Below, piece by piece: positions 23,411-35,655 of a DNA stretch of 64,000 nucleotides; position 1 is the stretch's first letter; each line of letters opens with the position of its first letter. This stretch comes from Raillietiella orientalis (lineage: Eukaryota). The stretch covers positions 1,054,001 to 1,118,000 of the forward strand of contig JAYWIR010000039.1 in NCBI GenBank assembly GCA_036172245.1, in the 5' to 3' direction. The notes under the pieces are model-generated. The model had not been told where the DNA came from and ran no database searches. It was given only the letters and a program-made list of their open reading frames with translations. The position numbers were made by a program, and so were the translations under genes.

Positions 23411-24559
23411 GCAGTGGCCATCAGCAATCTGCTTTGCAGGGTCAGCGGAGCGTCGAGTCGCGGAGCACCAGGGACAGCCGGGACGGGCGCGCTGCCGCCC
23501 ACTGGCCCGGATGGACGAGCCCTTCGCCTCCGACATCTCCTCCGCTCGGCTGTCAGTTCCATAGGTCACCTGGAGGCGCTGTGGGTTCTTCTGATTGGCG
23601 ACGGCCCCACCCAGTTCCTCTACCCGCTAGCCTCCGGAGCACGCTTCCGCGCTCCCCCGTTCGAGAGTTTGGGATTCACCAGAGCTCCAAGAGGATCCGG
23701 AAGCGTCGAACGCGAGCCCCGCTCCCCCTGGGCAGACTCCAGAAGCCGGCGCGGAAGAGCAACTCTCCGCTGCGCACGTCGGAGGTCTTCCTTCCCCGCC
23801 CGCTCCGATCCTGACATGGTCGCATTCTTCGCGGAAGTCTCTGCCGTACGGGCTCACCTTCTCCTGGACCTGCCTGAGGGCCCTCGCGTGAAATCTCCTC
23901 GAAAGTCTGACGACAACTCCTTCCGCGCACTGCAGCTCACGGGAGGCCAAGGGATGCGTGCTTTCCGCTCACGCTGACTTCGCACCGACTCGCACTGGCC
24001 GTCGAGAGAAACCCATCCTCCGCAGATTAAAGGACGAACAATGAATATTCAGTCGTTGCAGCCTCTTTTTTGTGCGGTCGTGAGATCGGAGACAAAGAGG
24101 TTGCCAGGGTGCGCATCAAGGAAACGGAACGCGTGACATCCAAGGGCAACAAATCCATTCGGAATTGGCGAGGCGTATTCCGGACTGTCCTCTTCATCTC
24201 CAAGAAGCGAAATCTTCACACAAGTAGCGCGTGACTGCGTTCCGAAAAGGGGAGCAGGAAGGATTCTCCTTTGAAGGGGAGGAGCACTTCTGCTGGGAGA
24301 GGTCTGGCGAAATGCGCACGGCGTACGGGGTCCAGTTGGCCACCCTACGGTGTAACAAGTACGCTGGAACGGGTGGTCCTGAACAGTTGCATCGAATTTC
24401 GCCGCGAAAGACACGAAGTGAGAATGGCAACGTGGCACAGCAGCCCAATTTTATCCGGTCGAACAGTGAGGACTTTTCCCCCACAACGTGACAGGTTCCC
24501 CCTTTCCCCTCCCCCCCTTTTTGCTGTCCTCCGGAGCCAATACAGCAAGCAGCTGACGA

Positions 24560-24940
24560 GAATCACTTGCTGCGCTGCCATCGTGTAATTGTGCTCTTCG
24601 CTGGACCCCAATCACCCGCATCATGGAATCCTCTCAATCCCTTCGAACCCAATGGAGTGCCATTCGATAGCCGGCTCTTTCTTGGAGGCATGCGAAGAAA
24701 CTTCTCAGTGCTCCAGCTGCACCCTCAAATTCCATCTACTCTTTCATGCTTGCATAAAGGATGCAACTGTGTTCTGGGTGCGCCCTGGTGTTTCCCGATC
24801 CAAGGTGCGCCCCTGTAATAGCCCTTGCTTTTCTCCAGAGCGGATAGGGGCTCGAGCAGCCAATAATCCCTGGAAGCAGCTCAGGACACAGCGAGTGCCT
24901 GCCTCTTTCTACAATATCTTCATCGGCGAGGGTCCTTCGT
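24560..24940 (+). mobile_element. Decayed RT fragment (CR1/jockey-type domain 4-like)
   Basis: ..FYNIFIGE resembles PQGSxLxPxLFNIFIxD; frameshifted. Confidence 0.3.
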
Positions 24941-25879
24941 AAACACTGCTGGAAAGCAAGCCGTCTTCTTGTGTAGCAACAGTACGGCAAAGGGCTGCTC
25001 CTCAATCTAGGAAACCATCCTCCAGTTTTCAGCCTTTTTCAGAGCAGATCCTGTCGCAAGGTAAGATCAGGATTTCTGGGAGCTCCAGGAGTGCTCAAGA
25101 GCACGAGACAGTCGCTCGCAGTGCGTTCTTCCGCAAGCGGAAGCAAAAACCGTCTTCTGGACGCTTGTGGAAGCGCCTCCGATCCCACCAAAGACACGCT
25201 CATCCCTGGACTCGCGTTCTTGGGGTGAAAACTCCGTGACTTAGTTGCGTCTGCTAAATCCTCAGTTTGGGAAGAACAAAAAAGAAAAAGTGGAGCGAAC
25301 AAGGAGAGATGCTGGAAGTATGGATCAAAAATTTTCTTCAGAATCCTTCGCTCCATTTTGCAAGGATTTCCCAAGGTTTCTGTGACAGGTCTCCTATTGG
25401 CTGCTGCGAGAACGCGAGGACAAAAAGTGGCCTCCCTGCAAAGCTTCCTTAAGCAAGAAGTACTGCTGTCAAGAACAAAGAGCTCTTGGGGGTTTAAACT
25501 GACGCTTAGAAGTAGGAAATGGAGCCTTCCGGTCTTCTTTTGGTCGCCCTTCTGTTCGTGGATAAATGAGATTATGTAGGTCGATGGTGGACACAGACAA
25601 ATGAGAGGTCTCACTGTTCCTGTTCTCCCACTTCCTTTGTGTTTCTCTTCTACAGGATCCCTCAAAAAGGGATGTGGCTCATCCCGTGCTTCCAATATGA
25701 ATCCCGAGAAACAAACACCATGTGCTCCTCCCGTTCCTCGGGCAAACTACGAAGTGTTGAGAGAGTTGAAATTCCCTCAACACCTCATAGCTTGCCCGGT
25801 TCCACCATCTCGAAGGTTTGACTGTCAATTCTTCTTACTGTGGCGTGCAAGCGAAGTAGCGCTCCATGCTCGCTCTTCT

Positions 25880-26350
25880 TCGCCTGTCTGGACTCTTCCA
25901 TTGCTGCTGATGGGTACTCATGAGTGGGGCAAGGGACGTCCGGAATCCACCTCTCAAGACCTCCTCGAGATCACCGAGCCCGGACTTGGTCTTGAAGTTT
26001 GCTCCTGGATTGCTTGGTTGGCGCCTACCAACTCCCAGCGTTTCGGTGCACGTCCTTGATTTGGCACCGGCTCTTCGTGCCCCTCCGCTCTCTTTGTCGG
26101 GGATGAGACCTGCGGATTCTTTCCATCTTCCACACCGCCTCCTGTTTAGGAACTGAGGGTCTACTAGGTCTCTGCGGGCAGGTCGGTTCTTCTCCTTCTT
26201 CAATGCTGTCCAGCGTTCTTCTTGATAGGATGGAAAGGATACCCACACCTCTTGCTGGACTGCGGTGCCCTTCTCTCCGGGTGAGAGGCTAACTGCAGCC
26301 GTCTTGACTTGGCAAGGAGTTTCTGCCCTCTCCAAAGGCTGCCCATGGCA
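25880..26350 (-). mobile_element. Decayed LINE ORF2 linker fragment
   Basis: SRRTLDSIEEGEEPT resembles the R..W.EEGE.PT linker motif. Confidence 0.35.
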
Positions 26351-27249
26351 GCGGTAGCAGCAAAACCACGCCCACGTTCGCGGTATGCTGACAGAAACCT
26401 GAAAAAAGAGAGTGAGGCCACACTTCTAGAGATTACCACGGTGTATCGCGCTAGCAGGCAGCCTCGTCTCACAGAGGCTGACGGGGAAGACATCGACTGT
26501 ACGGAGAGTGGAAGACCTAGGTTTTGCGTATTTTGTTGACTCTCGCTGATACCCCCTGTAAAGATGCACATTTTTATTTATTAATTTATTTATCTTCGCT
26601 TCGTGCTACCAGCTTTTCTAAGTGAAAGCCAGCATGGAAGCTTCCGTGATCATGGTAGGAGGAAGGTTGTTTCCTTCTTTGCATGTATGTGTGTGTGTGT
26701 TTTCGATAAACGTCAAGGATTAATCAGACTACGATTTATCACTTTCCGCACAGATGATTTGCGCCGTTCCTGGAGAGCGGTTCCTTCTCAGGAGGGGTGC
26801 TGGGGAGTTATCTCGACCATTATGTGCCAATTTGAGAAGAGTGTTGGAAGGAGTCCACCTGGGTGGAAGAGGATCCATCCCTCATTTGTTTCCACCCTCT
26901 CCGGCTGACTTCCAAACTGCGCAGGAGGTGCACCTCTGGAGACGGCTCATCGATGGCAAGAGCGGTCAGCTGGGACGAGGTGCTTGCTTTGGCATCCTCT
27001 CGCCTTCAAGACAAGAAGAAGCTGTGGGAAGTTGGAGCGCTGAGATCTTCCGAGACCCGCCTGCTAGATTGCAAGAGGACTTGCTCTGGGTGTAGGCGCA
27101 GATAGACCTGCAGTCCTGTGTCCTGAGATCCGTTCTGGAAATGGCGTCGCAACAGCCCCTGGTGCCTATCCCGGAATGGACCCTACCATCGCGAGACTAC
27201 AGCGCCGAAATTCACCTCAGGGAGAGCAAGGTGTGGGTGATTTAAGCTT

Positions 27250-28790
27250 CTTTTATTTCAAGGCACGAGCCGAGTTACATAAAAATGATAAGACGAGACC
27301 GCGAGTGTTTTCATCGGAGGAAGAAGGGGAATAAGTTGTACGGCAAGGGCAACCTCTCACGGGAAAACAGGAGCTCAGCATTCCTGTAGGTGTAAGGGAA
27401 AGATGGCTGCCAAAGAGAAGATCCACTTCCTTGAAGGATAGGTCTCCTGTAATAAAAGGCCGGAATGTAAGAGAAAAGGTCAACATTGGGGATTGAGGGT
27501 GTCAGCAAACCCCTTTCGTCGTTGTACTGCCCTCCAGACTCCAGCACTGAAATCAAAAGGCATTGAAGGGAAGGCAAAGGGAGGAACAGGTATGGGATCT
27601 CACGAGCATGCTGACTTACCTGGAATGTTTCCTGTGTAATCGAGGTCATCATAAAAGTTTGCCCTAGATCTCAAGAAGACCGTACTGGGGTAGCTGGGGT
27701 AGTCTCTGTAGCTGGCGGATCTTTTCTGTATGGTTTGCTTGCATATGATCACACAAAAGGAGAAGACAACGACAAACAGTTCGATCTGAATAGGGAGTCA
27801 AGAGGCAGCCAAGCACACCAGCTTACCTTTGCTCCCATTCTAACGAGCACTTTTGTTCATCAGAGAGCACGGTGGTGCAGTTTCCTCCATCACCACAGCT
27901 GACCGAATGAACTCCATGCAGAATAAGATAAAATCCAGCTCATTTCCCGTGAAAGTTGGAACCGAGAAACGGCTTTTATCTGATCTTCAGAGTCCTTCAT
28001 CAAATAAAAGAATCGATTACGATTACGTAGGGAATGGTAAGGGGATTTTACTGGTTTCAGGAAAACTTGTAAAAGCATTCCAGAGGAAGTGTACCAATTT
28101 CTCTCTGGAAACGAAAGTCTGCTTTAATTACAAACAAATGCTTTTGCTCCACAAGACCTTTTGTGAGTCCAGGAGGCTTCCAAACACGAAGCTCTTGGAT
28201 GTTCGCTGAGAGATCCCCATTGCCCTAGGGAAACCCAGGCGAGATCCGCGTCCAATGTGGATGCTGCACGTTACAAGGTTCTGAAGCATGGAAACGCTCA
28301 GTTGACCCTGGGCTGCTGCGGCTGTTCCACTGGTCCACTCTTTCATTAATGCGGAAGCACGGAGCTTTCCATTCAAAGGCCCGTGTTTTCCTTAAATAAC
28401 GGTTTTCGCGGTGAGCCCTGTCCATGTTGCATAATCAGATTCTTTCACTTAAGGCCTGCATCCATTCCTTTGGCCTGCGAGCTCAGAGCTTTGCATTTAA
28501 CCAATTTCTCAACTTTTCTCTGGAAAGCAGCGAGCCGCTTTCGGTTCCTCAGAAAGGGTTTCAAAACCGAATCTTTTGTCCCGGGATGCTTCCCGTTGCT
28601 TGTAAGCGCCTGTGGGCTCCATGTGAATTTTTCCACCGATCGCTCCCTTAAGCTCCAAGAGTTTGGAATTCTTTTCCGGTCAGGCAGCGCTGTTTTCTCA
28701 TTTGTTTGATCCAAGCAAAGTCCACATTTGCTCTTATCTGCCTCAATTTGCCGAATTCTAAGAGGAAAATTGCAAGGATGGAAATGAAAG
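27250..28790 (-). mobile_element. Decayed L1/Tx1-like ORF2 (endonuclease end plus RT domains, with deletions)
   Basis: In order on the minus strand: SW..EKFTWS (EN), FEWK, SYR.., DYTGNIPGKS (cf. DQxGFIPGR), GMLSSCFPVRGCP (cf. NG.LS..F..RG.RQGCP). Confidence 0.55.
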
Positions 28791-29653
28791 AAAGAAAAAA
28801 AAAAACCTCTCAACGTCGTGGACCAAGCAATGAGGGGGTGGGTGGGGAGGAATGATCATTAAGGATCCTATTGAAAACTAAGAACCAACTTATCCCAATT
28901 TCTCGTGTTTAATTTTTAAATTTCAACAAATTGCACTTCCGCTTTTCAATTTCGCCTACCAAATCATAGCATATGATAAACTTATTGATGTTCTACACAT
29001 TTACGGTATTCATAAGTCGAAGCATATTTTAAATTCTCTCTCAAAAATATTATCAATATGATATATTCCATGCGAGGTGGAACACAAAGCTGAACTGATG
29101 ATCAGTTAACAGAATGTCTTCATGCTACGTAATAACTAGTAATAGCGATCATTATTAGAATTAAATATTCACATTATTCCAGAGACACTAATTAAAGAGT
29201 GCAAAGCAACACAAAAAAAAATTGCCGCTCAGGTGAGGCGGTACAAATGGGTTTATGAGAAAAATGCCACAACGATGCTGTTGGATTCGAGAATTCTCAT
29301 ATTTCCATGGCAACGGGAAGAAACCAGGATTCTGGAACTTACGCAGTGATCAGGATCCCAACATTCTAGACAACATTTCCTCAAGAAACCAGGGAGCAGG
29401 AACATATAATGTGAGGCCGTTGAGCTCACTGCGGTGACAACCGGAAGTTCTGTAATTATTTCCTGCCATAACAAGCATCCTCCTCCGTTTTTCTTCTGCT
29501 TTTTCTTTAGCTATTTTCAAGTGCCTATTGCTATACAGAGTGGATCTGGAATCCAGACGTGGAAGTAAATTTTGTTTTTGGCACAGCAACATAAATGGAT
29601 CTGGTGGAACTTATTTTTCGATTAGGAAAGATCTAGGTGATCTTCCGCAGCAC

Positions 29654-29691
29654 ACTGGGATACGCGTGGCTATAGCGACGCGTATCCCAGT
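29654..29691. repeat. 38-bp near-perfect palindrome
   Basis: ACTGGGATACGCGT-G-GCTATAGC-G-ACGCGTATCCCAGT (one G/G mismatch). Confidence 0.9.
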
Positions 29692-29832
29692 TTCAGTTGC
29701 CGTCGCTGGGATCTTCTCTGAACTACGGAGATATGCAAATCCTCGCACTTGGCTTGTGTACTCCATTTCTACTTTGCACTTGGCTTTGTTTAAATAAGTA
29801 GCAAAATTTTAGTTGCAGCCCTCGATTCATCC

Positions 29833-29852
29833 AGAGCTCTTCGAAGAGCTCT
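29833..29852. repeat. 20-bp perfect palindrome
   Basis: AGAGCTCTTCGAAGAGCTCT is its own reverse complement. Confidence 0.9.
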
Positions 29853-30509
29853 TTGTTTTGTTATTCGTTTTCCAAGGAAGCTTAGGTCCGTTCCTTTGAA
29901 CGAGGGAAGGAAAAAGAGAAAATGGACTGTGACTGTTAGATCTGCACCAGAAGGAATCTTTCTCAAGCAGCCCGACGAAGCAGCTTCAAGCTACGAGGGA
30001 TTCGCTGTCGGACCTCCAAAAGGAAGGACTGCGTTTCCTCCAAGCGGCGTGGCTTTCGAAAGGGGGTTTTCATGGAGAGGAACGGTGAGTAGCATCATGG
30101 AAGGGGGAGAACCGATGCCCATCAGTGGATGCTAGAGATGAAACGACAACCAATCTTCTAAGCAGCAAGCATTTCGGAGCCAGTCGTAACAGTGAGATGA
30201 AAGAAAAATGGGAATGAGAGTCTTGCAGCGATCTCTATGGGAAAATGTTTCTTTTACAAAATGCGGGCAGTAGAAGGAGCAAAGATGTGAAATGGTCTCG
30301 GAATTCTAGCTGTGTGACGTAAGCATCACTGCCACTATGGTTCACGTTTCCGCTAAAGGAAATAGAAGCACATAAAAGTGAGGAGCTGAGGTCTCCGCCT
30401 CCTCTGCACATTGGTTCTGCTCGAAACGATGTCGCTTGGCTGCCGAGCCACTGGGACTGTCCTCTCTAAGCAGCACGTTGATGGGACCGGTTGACTGACA
30501 CTTCGTTGA

Positions 30510-30582
30510 TGCCGCTGGGGAGGGGGGAGGTTCCAATTAATCTGCCGCTGGGGAGGGGGGAGGTTCCAATTAATCTGCCGCT
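30510..30582 (+). repeat. 33-bp tandem duplication (2.2 units)
   Basis: TGCCGCTGGG(G)AGGGGGG(G)AGGTTCCAATTAATC at 30510 and 30543, with a partial third unit at 30576. Confidence 0.9.
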
Positions 30583-30789
30583 TTCTATTGACGCATCCGA
30601 GGTCTCGTAAAGAGGAGCTTGGGAAAAACTTTCCGTAGCTTCCACCGGTTCCTCGACCTTCCCAGCCCCGTCATCATCGACGAAGGGATGGTTCACGATG
30701 GGATAGGAAGACCCCTCAAAAGAGCGGAGGGTGTTCCTAACTGAGGCGGACGATGTTCTAGGAGTGGCCGCAGCCGGCATTCGACCCCG

Positions 30790-31520
30790 CAACCGCCGTG
30801 CGCTCAGCAGCTGAAGTTTTTTCGCTGCTGCGCCGAGTCTACTGGCTCGAATCTTGGCGTTACGGTGGTCTTGTGTTCTCTCGACTATGTAGGTCGCTGG
30901 GAGGGTGCCCTAGACTAGAAGACGTCCTGGACATGTTGGGTGCCGGACGACGTCATCATCTTGACCAAGATAGTGGAGATGGAGGAGAGGCTAAAATCTC
31001 AGCTCCGTCTCCATTCCGTTCAGCCCCCCACTTCAGTTAATAAAAGAGCTAGTGGTTCTCGAACGTTCTTGGAATTTTTCCAACTCTTGCAAGGCACAGT
31101 CTTCGTCCCGGAGCCCCACATTCGACGGCGGTAGTCGCGCGACCTGACGTGCGGGTTCCTGAAAGTGCGTAGTCCCCAAATTCCTCCTCGTTCCGCTCGC
31201 GCGCCTTCCTAAGTCGTAACCTCTAGCCTGCTCTGGCGTGATTTCGATCCCGCGGCACGCGCAAGGATCATCACATTTTCTTCCTTTGAAGGACACAGTC
31301 AATTGGTAGCAAAGACTGTCCATGCCGGGAGCGCCTTGGCTGCTGACCACGATCTCCCAGGCATTGTCCTATTTGGGCGATCTTCCAAACGAAGACCACG
31401 GCTTTCGTGCTTGCTCCTCGGCAATCAGGTTCGCCTTTCCGAGCTTCTGCCTTGCTGGAGGATTCCCACGAAGAAGTTTACTTTCTGGAAGGCGTCCCGG
31501 AGCTCTGCGGGAGAGATCGT
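30790..31520 (+). mobile_element. Decayed LINE RT catalytic region
   Basis: AAEVFSLLRR, xDDVIILTK..VNK (YADD region) and LSYLG (KYLG) motifs in the expected order, frameshifted. Confidence 0.55.
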
Positions 31521-32499
31521 GCCTTCAGCAGCGTAGAGACAAGACTCGCCCGAGGAAGGGAAACCAGCGGGAAGTCACAGGCGAAAGGGGCGCTCAGATG
31601 CGCCTCCTCACAGGTTTCTTCGTGCCATCCACTGGCTCTGCTCTGCTTTTCTGCAGCTAGACCACCTCACCTCGTCGTTCACCTGCTTCGCTGTTCATCT
31701 GCCTCTCCTCGCAGACCGCGGATGAAAAGAGAGGACAAATAGGACTGCTGTGCTTCCTCAACACCATTGGCGGGAACGCAGTCGGGTGTCCCTGATGTCT
31801 CCGGAACGAGATCTTCTACAGCTGCCTGCGCCAAGCCGCCATCGACAGTTTTGTCTCGAGAAAGGGTGCCATCCTTGCTCGAGATGAACGGTGCCCTGGA
31901 CTGATGTCTTCGGCTCCTTCCGTGATCGGCCGGGTGCTGCACTCCATGGAGACGCTCCCCAGCAAGGGACGGCCCGCACCTTCAGATTCCCAGCGGGGTA
32001 TAGAAACAAGACCTCTGTGATCTCTCTGAAAAGCGCTCGAACTCTGCACTTTCGGAGAATCCAACCAGGACATGGTGACTCGGGCGGGTCAAAAGCGACT
32101 TGCGCCCCGCAGGGGCGCTCCTTTTCAAAACAAGCCGCAAGGAAGGGACGACGGAAACGATTGAACCTTACCCTCCCCCTAATCTTTCTTTCTTTTTGCC
32201 CCCGAACATTCCGAAGTTCATTGGCTAACCCATTATGGAGGGATGACGCCGGAGTTGGAGATTTCTCCGGGCACTCGGGATCGGCTGACCTCAAAGGTTC
32301 AAAGGCGGATTCCATGGAGTTCTCTAAGATCCACCAGAGGGGTTGCTGCCCCCAACACCAAGACGCGCGGACACCTGAAACCCTTCTGCGCGCACCATGG
32401 AGACCCTCCTGCATTTCGGCATCCATCAGGGAACGTGTTGGCTTGCAAAGACGCAACGCCCGAGGACAGGAAGGGCTCTGTCCCGGCCAAGGTCTGACG

Positions 32500-33110
32500 C
32501 TCTCGACGCCGGGAGCGCCACCCATCTGCAAGGCCGGTCGCTTCCTTGCCAATACTTATTAGCGGAGTCTGACTTCCACGATTGTCACCATGGCAACCGA
32601 CGCTTTTTATGGGGTCGCGTCAGGAGCTCTGCAATCCACCGTCCGGTTCATCCCATGGCGCCAGTTCTGCTTACCAAAATGGGCCCACCGGTGGCGTTCA
32701 CGAATTCGACGTTCCGACCCTCAGGAAGCTCCCATTTGAAGTCTGAGAATAGGTCGAGGTCATTTTGGCCTCAAGGACTCCAATCACCCGCTTTACCGAA
32801 TGAGGCCTTTCGCTTCGACGAGACCCAGCCATCCGTTGGGACCTCTGGAGGGAAGCTGTAGCTCTACTGGATGATGCTATTCGTCTTTTGCTTCTACGCC
32901 CAGCTCCTAGGACCAGTTTGTACTTCTGGACCACTGCGAACCTCCCAAGAGTTTCCTCTGGCTTCATCCTGGTCAGACGGGGTTCCTGGCCGTTTTCCAA
33001 GGTCTGACTGAGTTTTGATTGGTTCTTGGGATTGCTGTGAAGCTTGGGGTGGAGCAGCTCTTCTGGGACGGTGGCCAAGAGATGTAGGCCACGGTGTATC
33101 CCCGATGGCA
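32500..33110 (-). mobile_element. Possible decayed LINE RT N-terminal fragment
   Basis: Weak matches to the DG....W, YK.L and Q..F..GR motif series. Confidence 0.3.
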
Positions 33111-34144
33111 TTTAAGAATTACTTCTCTTTGACTCCCCACAAAGTCATCTCTTGCTTGCTTGGCTATGGGCTCTTATCGGAATGGAAGGAAAATGAAGCA
33201 CTTCTTCGCATAGATGCTGCGGGAGATAGTGCTGCGTGTATATGATTTTAGAGATGTTTCAAATTTTTATGTGCTATTGATCATCCCTGTAGACAAACCG
33301 TGTACCTATTTGTCACTTACTTGCCCCCGTTCCTAGATAACTCGCTAACAGTTCACCCCTTCCCATTCCGCCTGCAAAGAGAACTGGTATTTGCTCATCT
33401 CTAAAGGGAGGCATCTAAACATCTCGTGAGCAAGAAAAAAAGTGCTGGCTGGACCCATGCACTCCCACGCTCCCATTTCTTCTATCATGAACCCACTTCC
33501 ATTTTCGCTGATCTTTTCTCAAGGCCTAACGGCGGTGCAAAGCATGTGACTCCAGCACCCACATCGCTTCGTCGGTAGTGCAGCCGCAAAGGCTACGTGG
33601 CTCGCCTATGTCCCGAGGCACGCGTGAGCCAACTCACTCAAGCCTGGATGCACAGCAATCGAACGCAGACGCCAAACAGCTTGTTAGCTGCATCCTGCAC
33701 CTCTGTGGCTTCCCCTTTCAGTGAATCCGGAAGCATGGCTCCACATGCAATCTCCGCCAAGACAACCTCTGACCACACCTCCAGTTGCTTTGCACCGATT
33801 CCCACTGTACGGAGAAGAGGTAGGTAGGTGGTGGGTAGGTGGTAGTGCAAGGGGACCGTGCTGAAATAGCGAGGTGCAAATTGGCATCGAGATCGAAGTT
33901 TCTGGACGGAGAAGTGGCCGAACTAGAAAGAGAGGCGTCGAAAAGAGTAGGAAAGAGAACCGGGTGGTTGATGAAAGAAGGCACAGAAGAACAACCATTG
34001 AAGAAATCTGCTGCATCCAGGAACCCCTCCGACTGCATAGGTCGCGCATCTAAAATTTGGAAGGGAAGAGAAATGACCTGAACCCCTTAGATGGCCTAGA
34101 AGAATGAATCAATATAGCCAGACTTAAACACGCGCCTGTCGATG

Positions 34145-34880
34145 CGAGCAGCCGTGAGGATAAGGTCACCGCGAGTGGTGCCGAGCGTTGCGGGTTCGAA
34201 TCCCCCACGACGCCGAGAATGGAGGGTGCATCGTGGGTTTCGAGTTCCCCCTCTCCAGGATGTTGCCGGTTAGTCTCGGTTGGCTTTGGGGTGCGGTACT
34301 CGTGAAAGCTAGAAATCGCATGCTCCCCTTGACTGACCTGGATTGGAAGTTGGCCTTGCACGGAACCGGTTACCTTCTGGATTCCCTACTGGTTGTGGAA
34401 ATGGAAACCCTCTATCACGCCCTATGGAGCTGATGGATACACCTCTCGGGGGTCACCGCCTCTCCAGAGCATCAAGAGCGTTGCTTCCTTCGGGAGTGGC
34501 CCTTCAGAGAAATTGGGGAGCATCCCTTCGGGGTTCTTTTCAGAAGTGTGGAACAAGGAGCAGCTCCCTTGCAAATGCCCTCCGGAGAAGAAATGAGTGG
34601 TGGTCCCCTCGGGGATCGCTCCGGGAGGGAATCTGGAAGAGGTTGCCTTCGGGATTCCCTCCCAGGAGTGAGAGAGGAACGGACTCTGGAGCCTTCCAGG
34701 ATTCATAGGGTGGTCCCGTAACTTGAAGAGTCACACGCACCCTCGGATGGCATGGGCGGTGCTTTAGGAGCTTCGTGAGCTCCTAGGCGAACGGTCCTCG
34801 AGCACGAACCGGAAAAGAGAAAACCCGGAAAAAAAAGGAAAAAGAAAAGCGCAACAGAAGAACGAATCCAAGCCAACGTG
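34145..34880 (+). mobile_element. tRNA-headed SINE-like element, copy 3 (uninterrupted, ~0.73 kb)
   Basis: GCCGTGAGGATAAGGTC A-box region, B-box 34193-34203, body with several CCTTCGGG hairpins, A-rich tract ~34812-34860. Confidence 0.75.
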
Positions 34881-35655
34881 GACAAGCTGAGGTGGATGCG
34901 CGAAGTCCACGGAGGGACTGATGCCGTTTCAGGAGCCTCGCCCTAGCTCCTGGTTCCGCAGCCACTCCTGCATCGTCCGCAGGTGTCCAGGCGCAAGCGG
35001 AAGAGGCCCTAGCGGACCGGACTTGAGCCGCGCCCTCTGCGCCGGGAGGACATCGTAGGCGCTCCGAGACGGCAGGGTGGTCGTCAGACTGGCGCCTGCC
35101 CGTGGGGAGTAGCTCCGGAGGGGGTAAGGAGAAAGAAATCGGCCCCTGGGATACCCTCCGTCCTTTCTGGAAGGATTCGAAGCTGGGAAGCCGCTTGACC
35201 CAACGCGGCCGTCGAAGCGAATAGGGTTCTTCGAGGAGATTTTTCCACCCTCGCGCGGCTAGCAAAGGTAAGGTGGGTCTCCCCTTTTCCTTGAGGCTTC
35301 CTCCCGCTTCCTCTCGCTTTGAAAGGGGGAAGAGAGAGGGGGATCAAAAGAAAAAAAAAAAACTCGATCTTTATTGGGCTGTAAATCCATGCCGGTAGGG
35401 GACGTTAGGGAATGTTCCTCCTCTTCGGGACCCTCAGCGCGTCCGTGCACGTGACACGTCTGCTGCGGCGGGAGGGAGGACGAGGGTGGACTTTGGGGAC
35501 CGGCACAAGTCTCCCTGTTCCCTCCTCCACTGTCCAAGGGTGCGCGTCCCGAGCTTCCAGAGCAGGACCGGGGGCTCTCTATACAAGAGAGTTGCGCCGG
35601 TGCTGGACAGAGCGGCTGCCATGGCTACCCCGCTCCGCCTCTGGGTCCAGCCTCC

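Noticed and set aside
30510..30582. CRISPR-like 33-bp repeat
   Set aside because: Head-to-tail duplication with no spacers, eukaryotic context and no cas genes.
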